DNA from: Choristocarpus tenellus KU-1152
Lineage: Eukaryota > Protista > Phaeophyceae
Direction of reading: 5' to 3'
Assembly (NCBI GenBank): GCA_964200185.2
Contig: CAXNAD020000019.1
Coordinates: forward strand, 1-46,670
DNA length: 46,670 bases
The position numbers and the translations under genes were made by a program. How positions within the stretch are numbered: position 1 is the first letter of the stretch; every line of letters begins with the position of its first letter. This document shows positions 1 to 13,524 of the stretch, piece after piece. The notes below the pieces were generated by a model. It was not told the origin of the DNA, made no database searches, and was given only the letters and a program-made list of their open reading frames with translations.

Positions 1-20
1 CATAGCATCGTTTTAAGGTC

Positions 21-77
21 GTTGGATTTGAGTTGTACATCCTGGAAGGTGAGCATTGAGGGGCGCCTGTAACACTT
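21..77. repeat. Left copy of a perfect 57-bp inverted repeat shared with the right window end
   Basis: gttggatttgagttgtacatcctggaaggtgagcattgaggggcgcctgtaacactt is the exact reverse complement of 46614-46670. Confidence 0.97.
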
Positions 78-3000
78 CTACAAGCTGTTGAAGGTGGTGA
101 ACGATATGGCCAGAGATTCGAGGAGCATGACAATATCGTTACTATGGGAGGCCACAAAGAGTACTTTTCTTGACAGGAGCCAGGCAGGGAACGAGTCCAA
201 GAAACAGGATTCAGGGTGAGATAAACCTGGTGGTTCAAATCACAAGATTTTGAGAAACCTGCAATTCCTTGGTTCAGATGTGGCAAGAGATGCCACATCT
301 GAAGCCAATGCCAATCTGCTATTCCGATCCAGGTTGTTGATAGGCAACATGCTTATTATGTTTGTGGGCAGACACAAGCATTTGCAGTTGGTCCCAGGCA
401 AGGTGACAAACGGCAGACATCCCCTGCACCTGGAGGAGGCTGATGTCATCTTGGGATCGCAGTCATCCTCATCAAATCATGTTCATGTGGCAGATGGCAC
501 CACTGCTGTGATCAACAATTTCACAATTCCAATGCACACACATGGCTATCCAATTCGGATATGACCCCAAGGTGTTGTGGAATCGAGTTTGCCGTGATGC
601 GTGGCGATGATGATGATATCGGTAACCAGATCGTGACAGATTTTGAGATTGACAGTCCACTTGTATACAATTATGAAAAAGGTGTATGGAGGTTTTCACC
701 ATGAACACTATGCTATCGTAGTGATAATTGTAATTCATTTTGAAATGATCCATCAAAATGATAGGAAGTAATAGCGTAACGGTTACTTTCACTATAACTA
801 GCACCGATACTGCAAACGTTTCTCTACCATTGACTTATGTTTCATTTGAATTTTCTAAATGTAAAAGGATTAAATGTATGCAATATTTGAACCTTTCAGA
901 CTAGGGGGACAGATTTCTGAACTTGATAGCCCAAAACGTATCAAATGTGCAGTGAGTACCACGTATTCTCCCTCAAGAAGAAAAAACACATGTCCGACAT
1001 GATGACGGATTCATCTTTTTGAGAAAGAGGCTGGTTAAGTTATATCAATAACTATACTCCATGGATAGTTTCATTATAGTGCCAAACAAAAGACTGCAGT
1101 TACTGCATGTCCCATTCCAATCAAAAAGGGCTGTCAGATGATTAGTCTTCAGTGGTCTTCTAATGATGAGTCCCATCAAAAAGAGAAAAGGTTCGGATGA
1201 TGAGACAGATGAGATCTCCCAAAAGGATGAGTCTTCACAGTAGCAAGGATGAAGAGTCTGGTGCATCCAACTGCGTCAAGCATTGTGGAAACTGTTGACA
1301 GAGAGCATTTTGAACTGGATGGATTCGTTTGAGTGTAGGGGTTTCAAAAAAAGCCCTAAAATCTTGTACGATCATGTGGCGATGCACGACATATCCTTAA
1401 GAACTGCTGAGAGGTCAGATCTGGTGTTGCTATAGCAAGATATCAATATCGGAAACTAAAGAGATAAACTATTCAATCTCATTTCCCCAAAAATCAGATC
1501 AATGAGATCGTAGCGGAGACGAACATGAACTTGGGAAGTGGTAGGCGTCCAGTGCCTCTTGACACATTGCGCATGTTAGGTGCTAGTTGTGTAGAGCGTG
1601 GATGGCAAACAGGAGGGCTATTGGGTAGAAGAGGATAACTCACAGTTAATGTTGGGTCCTGGCCTCATTTGTTTCTTGTCCTTCTCTCGCTTCAGGGGCC
1701 TTGTCTTTGTCTCCACATCTGCCTTGACTACTAACGTAAAGGGAAAAACTGAGGGAACTCAGTTTTTTTTTTTTCTAATGTTAAAAATTCTAATTTTTCA
1801 GTAAGTTTATTGAATTTTTCTACATCAATATTGTATTCAATATTGTGTAAGTCAACTATAGATCATAGTTTTTCAGTATTTTGTTGAGTTTTTTTCTCAG
1901 GGCCTACGACATCAAGATCACCCCTTTGCAGCCTTACGATATGTGATCATCTCAAGTTTGAGGGTGTGGCAGCAGGTAGGGATAGTGCGAATGGGGGTGG
2001 AAAGCACAAATGGAGACTGCTGATCTGAATGTGGGATAACCTCTTTTTTTTAGCAACTTGCTCTCATGGGATAGAACCTGTTGTGGTCTAGACATAAAGA
2101 TTAAAAAGTAAGACCAGCTGGCCAGTGGACATGGACCGATGTACTACCCTGTGGACGGTCCAGAATTGAGAATGTTTGACCTGACCTAGCCGGCAGACTT
2201 GGACTGGGTCAATACCTGGTGGATGGATATGGACCAGGATATGTTAAATCTTTGTGGGAACGGTCCGGACATGGACATACAACAGTCTAGTGGACATGGA
2301 CTGGGACATAAATAAATTTGGGACTGGTCTGGCCTGTGCAGGGACATTTGAATTTGCTGGCCCAGTGAAATGCCCTGCAGAAATCCTTTTGGAAAATACA
2401 CTATTTTCGGTCAAAAAATGCAGTTTCAAAAACTAACCTGTGATTTTTTTTGTCCCATGCCATCATATATCACTTGCAGGAAAACCAGCAGGAAGACCAG
2501 CAGCTACAAAACAGTAGCAGCAAAAAACATCAATCCATGAGCTTATTCTATACTATACCTTTTCATTAAAAAAAGCTAACCTTCAAACATACTTTCATGC
2601 TAAAATATATCGATTTTGCACATTCCCTTCAATTTATGTTCCTTCTCCTTCTGGTGGAAGAATATTGTAACCTTACCCTGGACTAGCACTAAATATTTAA
2701 CATTCTGGTAAAGGTGACCTAAAATTGAAACAATCAAAAAACTGAACTGCAAATCATCTAATACCTGAAAAGAAAGTGGTACTACTGGTGATGATGATGG
2801 TGATATTGGTTCTATGTAGGGTTAAAATTATCTCGCTCCTTTGGTGCTAGATCCTGCAAAAATACATCACACAAGTTCAAAAAGCTGAAGCTACAATATT
2901 AAGAGTACTTCATTACATCACTGGGAAGAGCTACAAACTGGTGTCATGAGAGTTCAATAAATTTATAAGGATTCAACCTCTTGAATGTGTACAAAAATAG

Positions 3001-4879
3001 TAAATGATTTTAAAAGGAAACACAATGTCATCCATCACCAAGTTTAATCCAATCGATGCAGCATGTACCCTTTGGAAACTATGCATATAGATACATATGA
3101 GTAGTAATGATACCATTTAATCTTGTGATTAAACAGTCATAATTACCTGATATCAAAATTGATGTCAAAATTTGGGTCTAAAATCGAAAGGAAGGTTACC
3201 TAGAAAAGTATGTATTTCTCGTTTTTGTTCAATTATAATACTCATGTCCAGAACTTCTCCCACATCACTGAAACATCTTGAGAATATTTTGAATTGTTTC
3301 TAGTTCTTTTATTAAGATGACAGTTTCATTGGATTGTAATCCCCCAAATGTGTTTTTCACCCTTAGCCTTCTAATTCTCTTAATTAACCATTTGGTGCTC
3401 CTCTCAATATATGTATATATATATATTTGTTATGCAATTATGCCATGTTTCTATTGCTGATATCGTTGATTTTATTACTTCAAAGTACTCTGCACTCTAT
3501 TAGTAGTTGGAAATCACATAGCTGTGTGTGGGGATATTTTGGTTGATATAGATTTCTAGTTGGGAGAGCACAGAACAAATTGCTCACCTCCTTATCCCTC
3601 ATGCTATTCTGCGACATACTTGCGAGGTATTTTTTATTATTTCAGTACAAATATGTGACTTTAATGCATTTCCTCCCTGAGCAAGACAAAACTGAGTATC
3701 AGAGTCAGAACGAAAATGACTATTTAGCTTATGCCATATGGCGTACATATTGTGTAGTGCATTTTCAGTATGCCATTATTACGTCCCCCTCGATTTTTGT
3801 TGTTGCTGTTCTTGTTTGTTTTTTAAACAACAATGACAGTAGCAGCATTACTGTTACTGATACTGTTTTTACTCAATATACAGTACTGCAAAAATCATCA
3901 TTCAAACAGTCATCACTGCTACTTACAATGCAATAGCATTTAGAGTTTTGAAGTGAACGTTGACTATAGGTAATTAAGAGTAATAATGTTAACAACCAAC
4001 CTCAAAAAATGCTACAAGAGGGGGTAGGGAAGAAAAAAGTGCAGCAAAATGTCAATGTGTATGCCATGGATAGTGTATTTAGTGGTGGTGGTGTTGTGGT
4101 ACTCCGGCGGTATGTAGTAGTAAGATTTGGAGTACTGGTATAAATAACAACACACAATGATGACAAAACAGATTGACAACAGACATCACCATTGTCACTG
4201 AATGAGTAGCTATACTACACACGCGCCTTAAATGCTAACAGAGCATGCACACATGCACAAAACAGCACCACAAGCTCCCCATTGCGGACAAACTACAGCG
4301 TGCATGGAAAATTCCACTTCCTTCCCTTTCATAGAATTGAATGCCCCAAAAAAAATTCTGTGAAGGAATAATTAATGAAGTACTTTGAGTTTTGTGACCT
4401 AGTGTGAGAATTTGCCGTGGTAGACAAGGAAAGCAGCTGAAATCATGACAAGAGAAGAAGAAAATGATAGGGAGGGCAAGCGAAAGATTAAAGAGTGGAT
4501 AGCTTGAAACCAGACCTGGTAATCAGGAAGTTAATAAGAAATGAGTGGCAGTAGGAGACAGGGGCTAAGGAGGAGTAGACAAAGAAAAGTCTAAGGTTTG
4601 AGTAAGGGGTACGGACAAAGGGGGCAAGATCAAGGCAACTCCTGACCAATCTTCCCCACAGGGAGAGGGAGAGGAGTCTTGGTAGCAAAGGTAGAGGTGT
4701 GTGCTAAACAGACAAAAATATTTGAGCGAGTTTACCAGGTATTGGTGGGGAAACTGATGATGTCGAGTGTAGTAGTGTAGGGTGGTATTTGGTGGGAACT
4801 CAGCATGTGCCTACCATGAACCATTTAAATTTACTTCATGGATGCCAAGGAATTAAATTATCAACGACAGCAACAGCTC

Positions 4880-5465
4880 AATCTTAAACTGGTCATGTAG
4901 ATCTGATACACCCCTCCAATTATGACTTTCACGGGGTGTCCAACCGATTTCCCGCCCTACTTTGTGCACTGAAGTGTTAGTTCTATTGGAAATGTACAGG
5001 GATATTACCACTGCAACCGCAACTGCATGACCTATGTCCGTAGAATTTTGACCCAACTACAAACTGATGTATCTATCAACTACAAACTGATGTATCTATC
5101 AACTACAACCTGATGTATCTATCGCTTTGTACCAACCCTAGTATAGCACTCAGTCCTTAACTAGCACTTTCATTGTGACTATAAATCAGATTCCACCTTA
5201 TATCATGTCTAACGGCATCTATTTCATCACCCTGTAGAGGTGATAGTTGGAGGACCTTGGGTGATAACAGGGATGGTTACACATATGTGGAGTCCTGATC
5301 AAGCAATCAGTAGTAGTTTATGCTTCTCCAGTGGAAAACATGGATATTCCTAGGCATATATGATGGAACTGGCAGATTAGTCCAATGTAGGGTGATTGCT
5401 GGCTGGATGACCCATGAAAGTCATGATTGGGGGGATACCAGGTCTACTTAGGTCAGCCATAGATC
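4880..5465. repeat. MITE-like foldback with diverged ~130-bp inverted arms
   Basis: 4880-5010 (...gtagatctgatacacccctccaattatgactttcacgggg...) matches the reverse complement of 5340-5465 (...cccatgaaagtcatgattgggggggataccaggtctac...). No target-site duplication identified. Confidence 0.6.
5054..5123 (+). repeat. 23-bp tandem repeat x3
   Basis: caactacaaactgatgtatctat three times, with one mismatch in copy 3. Confidence 0.95.
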
Positions 5466-6299
5466 ATCACACTTGCTCCTGTCGCCAAGATTACTATTCA
5501 CAAGCAATTCGTGAAGAAATGGAAAGGTGAGAGCTCAACATAGGGCAATACTTAATGGGGTACTTGATGATAAGAGTCACGACTCAATGATCTTGACAAT
5601 GATCAGATTGGTAACTGGACATAGATACACTTGTTTAGAGTTCCGCCTAAACAATCAGCCGTAGTTGTTGTGCTGCTTCAGTTACCAACTGGAATTGATG
5701 TTCCTTAGTATCTGTGATGAGACGAACAGATTAGGTGACACTGTAGGGTGACAACTGGTTTGTTAACCGCAAAAGTCATTGTTGGGGATGCTGGGGATGT
5801 GATGTAAACAGGGTCAGTTGCAGAATTTTTTGTTCTTACCACAAGCATTTCGAACCATGTTGCCGAATCTGATAGAGTAGTACGCATTGTAGGGTGGTAG
5901 CTAGTGTACACGATGCATGGAAACAGTGACAGTGTACACGATGCATGGAAACTTCAAGATATAGTGCTAATAGACTTTTTGTGATTGGACTGTTTATACT
6001 TGTTGGCTTTAGAATATTATGAAGAAAGAGACATGTATGCCATATATCACAGTCCTTATGTTTGGAGTAACCCTCAAGCCTACTCACTACCAAAACACTC
6101 AAAGTGCAGGTGTATACCTTGCATGATTACACCTTGCATTATTACATCTTGCATAATTTTCCTTTATAAGCGATGGATTGGTACTTGACTAGTTCTAGTG
6201 GGACTGTGGGCTTAAAGCACAGGTATACCAATGCATCTGATCCAACTTAACCTGCCGAGAAGGTGTGTAACCTATCAGAACACATGCCAAATATTTCCA

Positions 6300-7719
6300 C
6301 TTTTAGACAGTGCAAGGTCAAAATACCCCAAAATACTAACACATATTTTTCTCGTCTTGTCAGTGGATACATCAAAAGATCTGTGGGAAGTACAGTAGGA
6401 TAGTTTAGAATTTAGGGGGGAATGGAACACAACTTAGGGGACCAAAAAAATGAGGGAGAGGATGGAGGAGGGGTAAGGTGCAACGATTGCAGTGTGGTTG
6501 GGGACTATTTGAGTCCTAGACATTTCAGATTGGGATAGAAATCAGAAATTACTCACAGGTAAATATTCTGAGGTTTGTGATCCAACAGGGAGTAGGAAAA
6601 AAAAATAGGAAGAGGGAGTAGGGGTGAGGGTAGGTTGGGGACGTGGGAATCACAGTGGTTTGAGTGCACTAGCAAGGGATGCATGTGAATAAGTTAGTAG
6701 AAGACACATTTCAAGGTAGGGCATTGACTTCCTCCAGCAGTAAGGCACACAAGATACCAGGATGAAGATAGAGACCACTAGGTGGTTCAAGGACCTTCCA
6801 AGGGGAAAAAATTCGGAACATAAACGCCAGAACAATAGTGGGTGTCCCAAGAGAGAATTATGTTGCTGCTACCAAACCAGCCCACTTCCATAAAGTGCTT
6901 GATCCTATGGTGTTACATCTTGTTGTATAGAGGATCTGGACAACAAAAATAGCTATTGATCCAGAAAGTATCAAGGGTGAGACAGGCGTGGGAGATGGTG
7001 TATGTCAAATCATAGTACACACCTATAGAATGAAATAGAGCTGCCAAGGTTTGGGAACACAATGAGTGCATGTATAACTCAGGGACTCTGATACCCAATG
7101 TTTGTGGAAAGCAGAGCACAGGGTAGTAGAACCTGATAGTGAATGCACGATCAGATTGTATGATAACTCCACAATCCACAAATATTATACTGGAGGCTGG
7201 GACTAAAAGAGGGGGAGTTTATATAGAGATGTGTGAGTAGTAATGGGAGAACTGGTTCGCAGGTTCTATGAGGCCTCCCTTGTGCTTTTTTCTTTTGACG
7301 GCTGGTGTACCCAGTGGAATTGCACCAGAGTAGGGGTTGACTGGGCAAACTAGTGGGAGGAGGTGAGAGGGGATAGTACAGCAGTGGGATCAAGATATAG
7401 ACTTGTCTGGAGGATAGGGAAAGAAGGTAGCCAAGACCAATGTTGGACGACTATACTTAGGATAAGGAAGAAAAAAGGATTTAGAGATCAATGACACAAC
7501 ATAGACCATAAGTGAAGAATGTGTCTGCAGATGGAATTTCTAGACGCACAAGGACAGTACTCTCAGACTAACCTCAATACTCTGATCTGCAGATTGAACG
7601 ACAAGAGTAATATTTGTGTAAGGAAGGGAGGATGAAGTAGTTGGATGCAGCCCAAGTACACCAGAGGATTGTCTGCACCATCTCGTGATAAGTATTAAAA
7701 AGGGGATTCGGGAGGGGGG
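6300..7719 (-). mobile_element. Highly decayed LINE-like fragment (RT thumb, possibly towards RNase H)
   Basis: Minus-strand remnants in the expected order: NPLVYLGC (~7660), KKHKGGL (~7275) and a weak FDVSTD (~6370). Many stops; truncated by the N gap. Confidence 0.4.
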
Positions 7720-7729
7720 NNNNNNNNNN
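7720..7729. other. Scaffold gap (10 N) near G-homopolymer runs
   Basis: Ns at 7720-7729, with G runs at 7714-7719 and ~7766-7790. Confidence 0.99.
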
Positions 7730-8099
7730 GCGTCTGTTCCTACCCTTCGGGTAATATCTTAAAAAAGGGGGTGGGGGGGGGGGGGGGGGGATTTTGGTAC
7801 ATACAGGAAGGAACTGGAGTATTTGGCTTGACCATAGTACTTGGAAGTTAGAGGTGAACCAAGAAATAGTATTGGTGTCTCTATCCTTGGATTAACAGCA
7901 ATTGAGCTGGTATAGTAAGGGGTAAGATACATATATTTGTACATATTAATTCAATACTCCACCTTGTCTTGACCTTCCAACTGCTCACACAACATATCCA
8001 TTTCCTTCCCTCTAAGGGGCTTTTGAGGGGTGAGTAGAACATTGAATTTTTTTTAACTTGAATATCTGCATTGACCCCAGTAGTCGGGAGCCTTAAGTA

Positions 8100-8570
8100 A
8101 AGGCAGAGGTAGAGTGTATGTGCTGGTCTGGGAGTGAGGGCAATCGATTTGGCACAGCAAGGGAGGGGCAAGATATATACTAATACAATCTACTCCAGAG
8201 TACAATACTTCCACAAACACTTTCTCGACCTTCCAACTGCCCACACGACATTTCCACCATTTTTTTCCCTTTGTCAAATAGTAATGGAAGGGATCATATC
8301 CCAAGTATTGCTTCTTCCCTTGATCAAGTCCAGACGGATATCCGGGACTGGATGGGTATCGATCACCATGGTTAAGGTTCCTGGTAGACTTAGCATCACC
8401 CATGCAATATTCCCCATGCATACGGTGGATCTCCTGGTGCATGAGGTGACCACCCCTCAACTAGAGGGGGAGACTGCTCATAAGGGGCTGTTAGGGTATC
8501 CAAGTTCCTCCATCTGGTTTCTAGCCTTCTACTGGTCAATGATGGAAAGTTCTCCAGGGATGAACAGTTC
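8100..8570 (-). mobile_element. Possible C-terminal RLE-domain remnant of a second non-LTR element
   Basis: Minus-strand pieces PDIRLDLI and SWKVEKVFVEVLYSG resemble RLE motifs RPDL and GWxVxxxxxEVGxxG. Only short, degraded matches are present. Confidence 0.35.
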
Positions 8571-8599
8571 ACCGTCTTAGCATCAGAGAACAATCAGGA

Positions 8600-11250
8600 G
8601 CTGTCCACCTGGGTACTGCAATGGTCCTCAAAGCACCTAAATAAGAACCCGCACGAGCTCAGGTGAGGTGTAATGGGAGCTAAGGACAGAGTAGCAACGT
8701 TACAATACTGCCCCCCTACGGGGGAGTTTACCTGCACCTCCTCTGGATGGCTTTCATGAGAGTAAACATCAACTCTGCAACGGGCTCTGATGGGATGTGC
8801 CCCAAGTCATGTGTTATCAACCATTATAACAGATGTCAGCCATGAGGAGGTAGGCCGCAGAGGCATTTGCCAAGCTATGGGAACTTGCCTACACCTCCCC
8901 ATACTCTTGACTTCCTGAGGTTTGGAAGCCCCAGATCACTTTCAGACTGTCAGCAATAGGGGAGAAGTGTTGCCCAGTTGCCTGTGTATTCAGGAGGGCA
9001 TGTAGTTCAGCCTCCCGTGTGAACTATCACTCCTACTTCAAGGATCATTGTTGAGGTATAGGGCAGTTTGGTGTATGGGTCCTAAATGGGGTTGAGCGTG
9101 CCCTGCTGGGCATTAATCCAGAAATTAGTGTGGCAAATGGGTAATTAAACTTGATGGAAAAATGTCTTAACAGTGAACATCGTTCAACTTCCGTCAAGGC
9201 CCTCCTGGAAGTCCTACCTGGACTCCTGCCATATGTAGGCAAGGCATGCAGGGGTACCCATGATCTTCTTTTCCCACTAGAAAAGGGAGAGATAAAAAAT
9301 AATACGCTCAAGGAGAGGGACACAACAAAGAGATTCACTTGGCACCTTACTCTACTGCATGGCCACAGCCCAAACTCTCCACCAGGTCCAGTCCACCTTT
9401 GGATCTCAGGGGGTTCCTTCCCAAAGCTTCCTGGAAGATATATGTATCTCCACAAGAGAGATAATATACATCTACTCCTATAAGCTGCTTTTGTTCAGCT
9501 GAATGTGGACCTGTATGAGGTGGGCATGGTACTAAACACGAATAAGACCTATGCTACAGTTCCCCAGGGCCACCAGCCCATACCTTCGGAACTGTAACTC
9601 CTAGCTACTGCAGAAATCAACCTAGGTCTGAATCAAATGGTTTTGTTGCACTAGAAGCTTCGGTAGAGATAGATGAATTCATCCAAACCCACATGACCCA
9701 GGTGATCGAGAGCTCAGGTTCACAAATGCTGGCCACACACCTGAGTGAGATGGAGGATAAGTAATTGCCTGGCTCCTCAATTCCTGGTCCCTCTCTTCCT
9801 ATTTGGGATATTTAATGTGGGTCATTCCCACCCACCTGGTATGCTCCACGGAACAAGCTGAAAACACATTGTTGTGGATTGTGGAGAAGATAATGGATAA
9901 ACAGACTCAGCTGGGGGCACTGAGTTCTTTGATGGGGTGTGCGAAAAAGAATATATCTCTCTACACCTTGAAACACTCCAACAATTACAGGCACAGATGT
10001 CCACAAGTTCAGGGGGCCTAGGCCTATCCTTCATGAGAAACCGTCAGCATGAACTTTTGTGGGATCGCTAGGGACCATTCTTCCCAGCCTCCTAGCAAGG
10101 CAATAAATAAGGGGTCAATGGAGAAGCATCACCCATGACATTGCGCGATTCCCACGGCCCAGGTCCTGGGATCACCAATCCACACCCTTTTCTCATCAAC
10201 TATCACTTTCGAGAACTTGGAGGGATATATTGGCCAAGGCTAGGTAGACTGGGCAGGAACAACAACCACCACTCCTGTCCCAAAGGTTCAGACTATGGCA
10301 ACTCATGATGCCATGATCACGAGGAGGGCACAACATGAAATCACCCCCTTTCCGAACATGATGGGGACAGGATTTCGTTCAACTCCTTTCAGACGCAACC
10401 TACCTTCCTCATGATACACAGGATCAAGGGAGGAAAAGTCCTTCCCTAACACTAGCTAGAGCAGATAAGAGATCAATGCATGAGCCACTTAAAACCAGCA
10501 CGCCAGATTCCTCCAGTGGAATTTAGACTTGCCACAAGTGGATATCTTTAGGGAGGGAGGAGGCCCTATCCAAGAGATGCCTCGTGGCAGGAAGCAGGAG
10601 GCCCAAAATGTCAATACCCGACATGCTCTCACCTGCTCTAGGGCAGGAGGACAAGTAGGTCAGCACACGTCAATGGTGAAATGCTAGGACATCTCTGCAG
10701 GGAATTGGGCATCCCTTGCCCTATGGAGGATGACAGCCCATTTACAGTGGATCGGTTAATCTACATGGATGTGGTGTTCCACACTGGGGCACTCTCAAAC
10801 GCTGGCTCAGCTCTGCAGTGTAACAAAGGCCTTCTCCTGGATCTTGCTTGTGCAGAGGTTGAAGCAGCCTTTCACTTACAGCACTCATCCACCAACAACA
10901 ATGGTATACCTGCTGCCACTGCTGAGGCTTGAAAGCATACTCTGAACCAGGGGTCTTTTGACCCTCATAGCCTTAGTCTCAACATCTTTGCAGTGGACAG
11001 TTTTTGGGCACCGTTGTGAAGCAAGTATAGATTTTCTCAGATGAGTTGGCCACCCATGTTGTAGGGAGGAAAGAGGCTGAAGATTATTGCAGGAAGGGGG
11101 CCGTCAAATCCTGTTTGAGCGAATGATACCAGTTGTTGCACAAGTGGCCCTCTCAGCACCTGTCATGCATTTCAAGCAAGAGACACCTGGCAGATGGCCA
11201 AAAAGGGGCCTGACAGATTCTTGTGAGGTTTCCCTACCTCTTTGCGTGCA
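8600..11250 (+). mobile_element. Decayed CRE-like non-LTR retrotransposon (RT + CCHC + restriction-like endonuclease)
   Basis: Ordered frameshifted motifs: SATGSDGM (~8775), AIGEKCCPVAC (~8955), GQFGV..NGVE (~9061), LNS.HRS..LLEVLPGLLPYVGK (~9165), SRRGTQQRDSLGTLLYC (~9308, GxQQGDxLGP), GMVLNTNKT..VPQGH (~9525), NTRHALTCSRAGGQV.QH (~10613), MDVVF..GALS...KGLLLDLA (~10766) and SFDPHS....FAVDSF (~10955). Boundaries are approximate. Confidence 0.8.
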
Positions 11251-11391
11251 TTTGTAGGGCTAAAATAGGTCAGAAGCATCTTTGTACGCATTACTTTGTA
11301 GTGAAGTTTTTGAAGGGGAGAATGCTTATTTATATTAGTGTGAGTTTTCAAGTAGGAAGTACTTTTAGAAAGGTGTCTTAGTATTGACGAT

Positions 11392-11425
11392 AACTACTAC
11401 TACCACTACTACCACCACTACTACT
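11392..11425 (+). repeat. Imperfect (ACT/ACC)n microsatellite
   Basis: aactactactaccactactaccaccactactactg, downstream of the CRE-like LINE. Confidence 0.7.
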
Positions 11426-11610
11426 GTGTTTTAATTCAATTTCCAGTAGTGGTAGTCATGGCATAATATTGTTTTTTCCCTGACACATCTGGAGGTTGTG
11501 GTTTCCGTAGAGTTTTTCCGTATATGACTGAGGGTGGTGGAGATTGATGGGATGGGGCAACATGTGAAAATACACTCAATACTGTTATTCTGCTGTATTC
11601 TATTATGATG

Positions 11611-13524
11611 CCCTCTGATATTTTGCAGATATGTCAGGGAAATGTCAAACCAAAATCACAGGGATCCCTGTAAAAACAACATTTCATGTGAAAAATTCTT
11701 CTTCAAAAACCATTTGCTACCTCCTCTGTTCGGGATTAAATGTGATGTCACTTTTGCAAGCTCCGATCTCACCCGGAAATGGTCCAAATGATGTACATTC
11801 TGGAGGAGGCTTAGCTCTCATATAGATTGGGAGGCATGCAAAGTTCGACATGGTGGGCTGTCATGACTGTGCACCAGTGCAAAGTCGACCAAGCTGCATG
11901 ACAAGGTTCCAAAACCTTGTGAAACTGTCAAAGCAGGTGTTTATTGGGATGCCTAGGATGAAGGCCCTCCACCATTCGAGTGGCTCATCCATCCCATTGT
12001 CACCCTTCAGTCACAATTCTTCAACCCAGAAGTCTGTCTGGGGTCCAGGCTCAAACACCCTGACGAAGCACAGCATGGTGGTGAGATACCTGGATGTGAG
12101 AGGAAATAAGACTCGGATGCCTCAGGGGACAGCGGCAGCCATTGCAGAGTACTTTGGAATTTCCCGAATCACCATGTTTTGTCATCTGAAGGAGTATGAT
12201 AGCCGGATTGCAGGGGGTGAATGTATGTACCTTGTACTAGGTCGAAAGGGGTGATATGACCACCGTACAAGTATCCTCAATGTTTGAGATGTCCCATTGG
12301 TACACTATATGCCCTTCCGCACATGGGTGGCCAAAGCTGGGGTCTCCCTAGCCTCGTTGTGGGATATGTACGGTGCGAGAAAGTCATTAAGGTCAAGCAG
12401 TGGATTTAACAGGTCCTCTCAGACCAGCAGAAGTAAAAGGGTAAGATTTGTTGTCAGCCACATTCACAGTAGGGAGGGAAGTGGGGAATTAGAGGATGAT
12501 CTATTTGAACGGGTGGATGTGGACGAGAAGTGGTTTACATCTTCAAAGATGGGCAGGTGTATACCTGCACCCCACTGAGGACCCCCTCAAACCTCCACGG
12601 GCACAGAATAAGCGTTGCATCGCAAAGGTGATATTCGTTGCAACTGTGGCCCACCCTAGAAAGCTCTTCAATGAGGTGTGGTTCTATAGGAAAATCGGAA
12701 CCTGGCCAATTGTGGACGCTAAGGTCGCTCAACACTCCAGCAATCACCACCTCAAGGGCACGGAGGCGCCTGTGTCAGTATATGAAGCTCATCATTAAGG
12801 ATGTCATTCTGGCAATCAAGGCCAGCATGCCTCGATCAGAAGCACACACCATTGTCGTGCAGAAGAACGGGGCAGATCCACACACCATGGAGGATCATGG
12901 AGGCAATTGAGGAGGTGTTGGGGGACAATATTGCCATAGAGATCCAGCCAGCCAATTCACCTAACCTCAACGTCAAGGACCTGGGATTCTTTCATTTCAT
13001 CCAGCGACGAAGGAAGATGTTGGGGTGACCAACACAGAGGAGCTGGTGGAGGCCACAATGGAGGCGTTTGATGTATAACTCTGGGAGACACTAGAGCACG
13101 TCTGGCAGAGTCTCTTCACAGTCTACGGTGAAGTGTTGGGGTCCAAGGGTGACAAAGTCTTTGAAATCCTCCACTTTAGCAAGGAAAATACTGAGGTGGA
13201 CAAGCTTCCCCCCAACTGTCCTGGTGGATGCAACAAAATACCGTGCTGGAATGGAATTTGGAGGGCTTCAGGGGCAGAATCATAGAGAGGTGTAGGCTGC
13301 CACATTTTGCTGGAGATTTTGGAGTACAATTTTTATCGTTTTGATAAGAACTGCATGATGGTTTAGGGTTTATTTCAGCACTGGAGGTATTGGGGTGTAT
13401 TTTGGGTCATTACTATAAGCATGTATATACGAAGTATGGTGTTCATACAAGTACTGTTATTTTTACAGGATTGGTTGTGATACTGGTTTGACTTTTGGTA
13501 AAACATCCATTAAATGTGAGAGGG
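11611..13524 (+). mobile_element. Degenerate Tc1/mariner DNA transposon of plant-type (DD39D-like) with terminal inverted repeats
   Basis: Diverged ~70-bp TIRs: 11611-11680 (ccctctgatattt...gtcaaaccaaaatcac...cctgtaaaaacaaca) matches the reverse complement of 13455-13524. TA follows the right end (13525-13526) and TG precedes the left end. A frameshifted transposase lies between them. Confidence 0.85.
12070..13260 (+). pseudogene. Frameshifted mariner-like transposase pseudogene
   Basis: Motifs across three frames: IAEYFGISRITMF (HTH-like), VDVDEKWF, KRCIAKVIFVATVAHPR, KIGTWPIV, VILAIKASMP, IVVQKNGADPH (consensus QQDNA.PH) and QPANSPNLNVKDLGFF (consensus QPPNSPDLNVLDLGFF). Both expected Asp positions read AAC (Asn) at 12866 and 12963. 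Confidence 0.88.

Noticed and set aside
1-600. Minus-strand coding-like stretch with faint Ulp1/SENP-like or Cys-rich appearance
   Set aside because: It is interrupted by stops and shows no catalytic motif, so it cannot be assigned without a profile search.
3580-3936. 118-aa hydrophobic ORF
   Set aside because: It has a non-ATG start, lies in low-complexity AT-rich intergenic sequence, and has no motifs.
5054-5123. Second CRISPR-like 23-bp repeat
   Set aside because: Three abutting copies with no spacers.
7766-7790. Long G run as a G-quadruplex element
   Set aside because: It lies next to a scaffold gap, where homopolymer length is unreliable.
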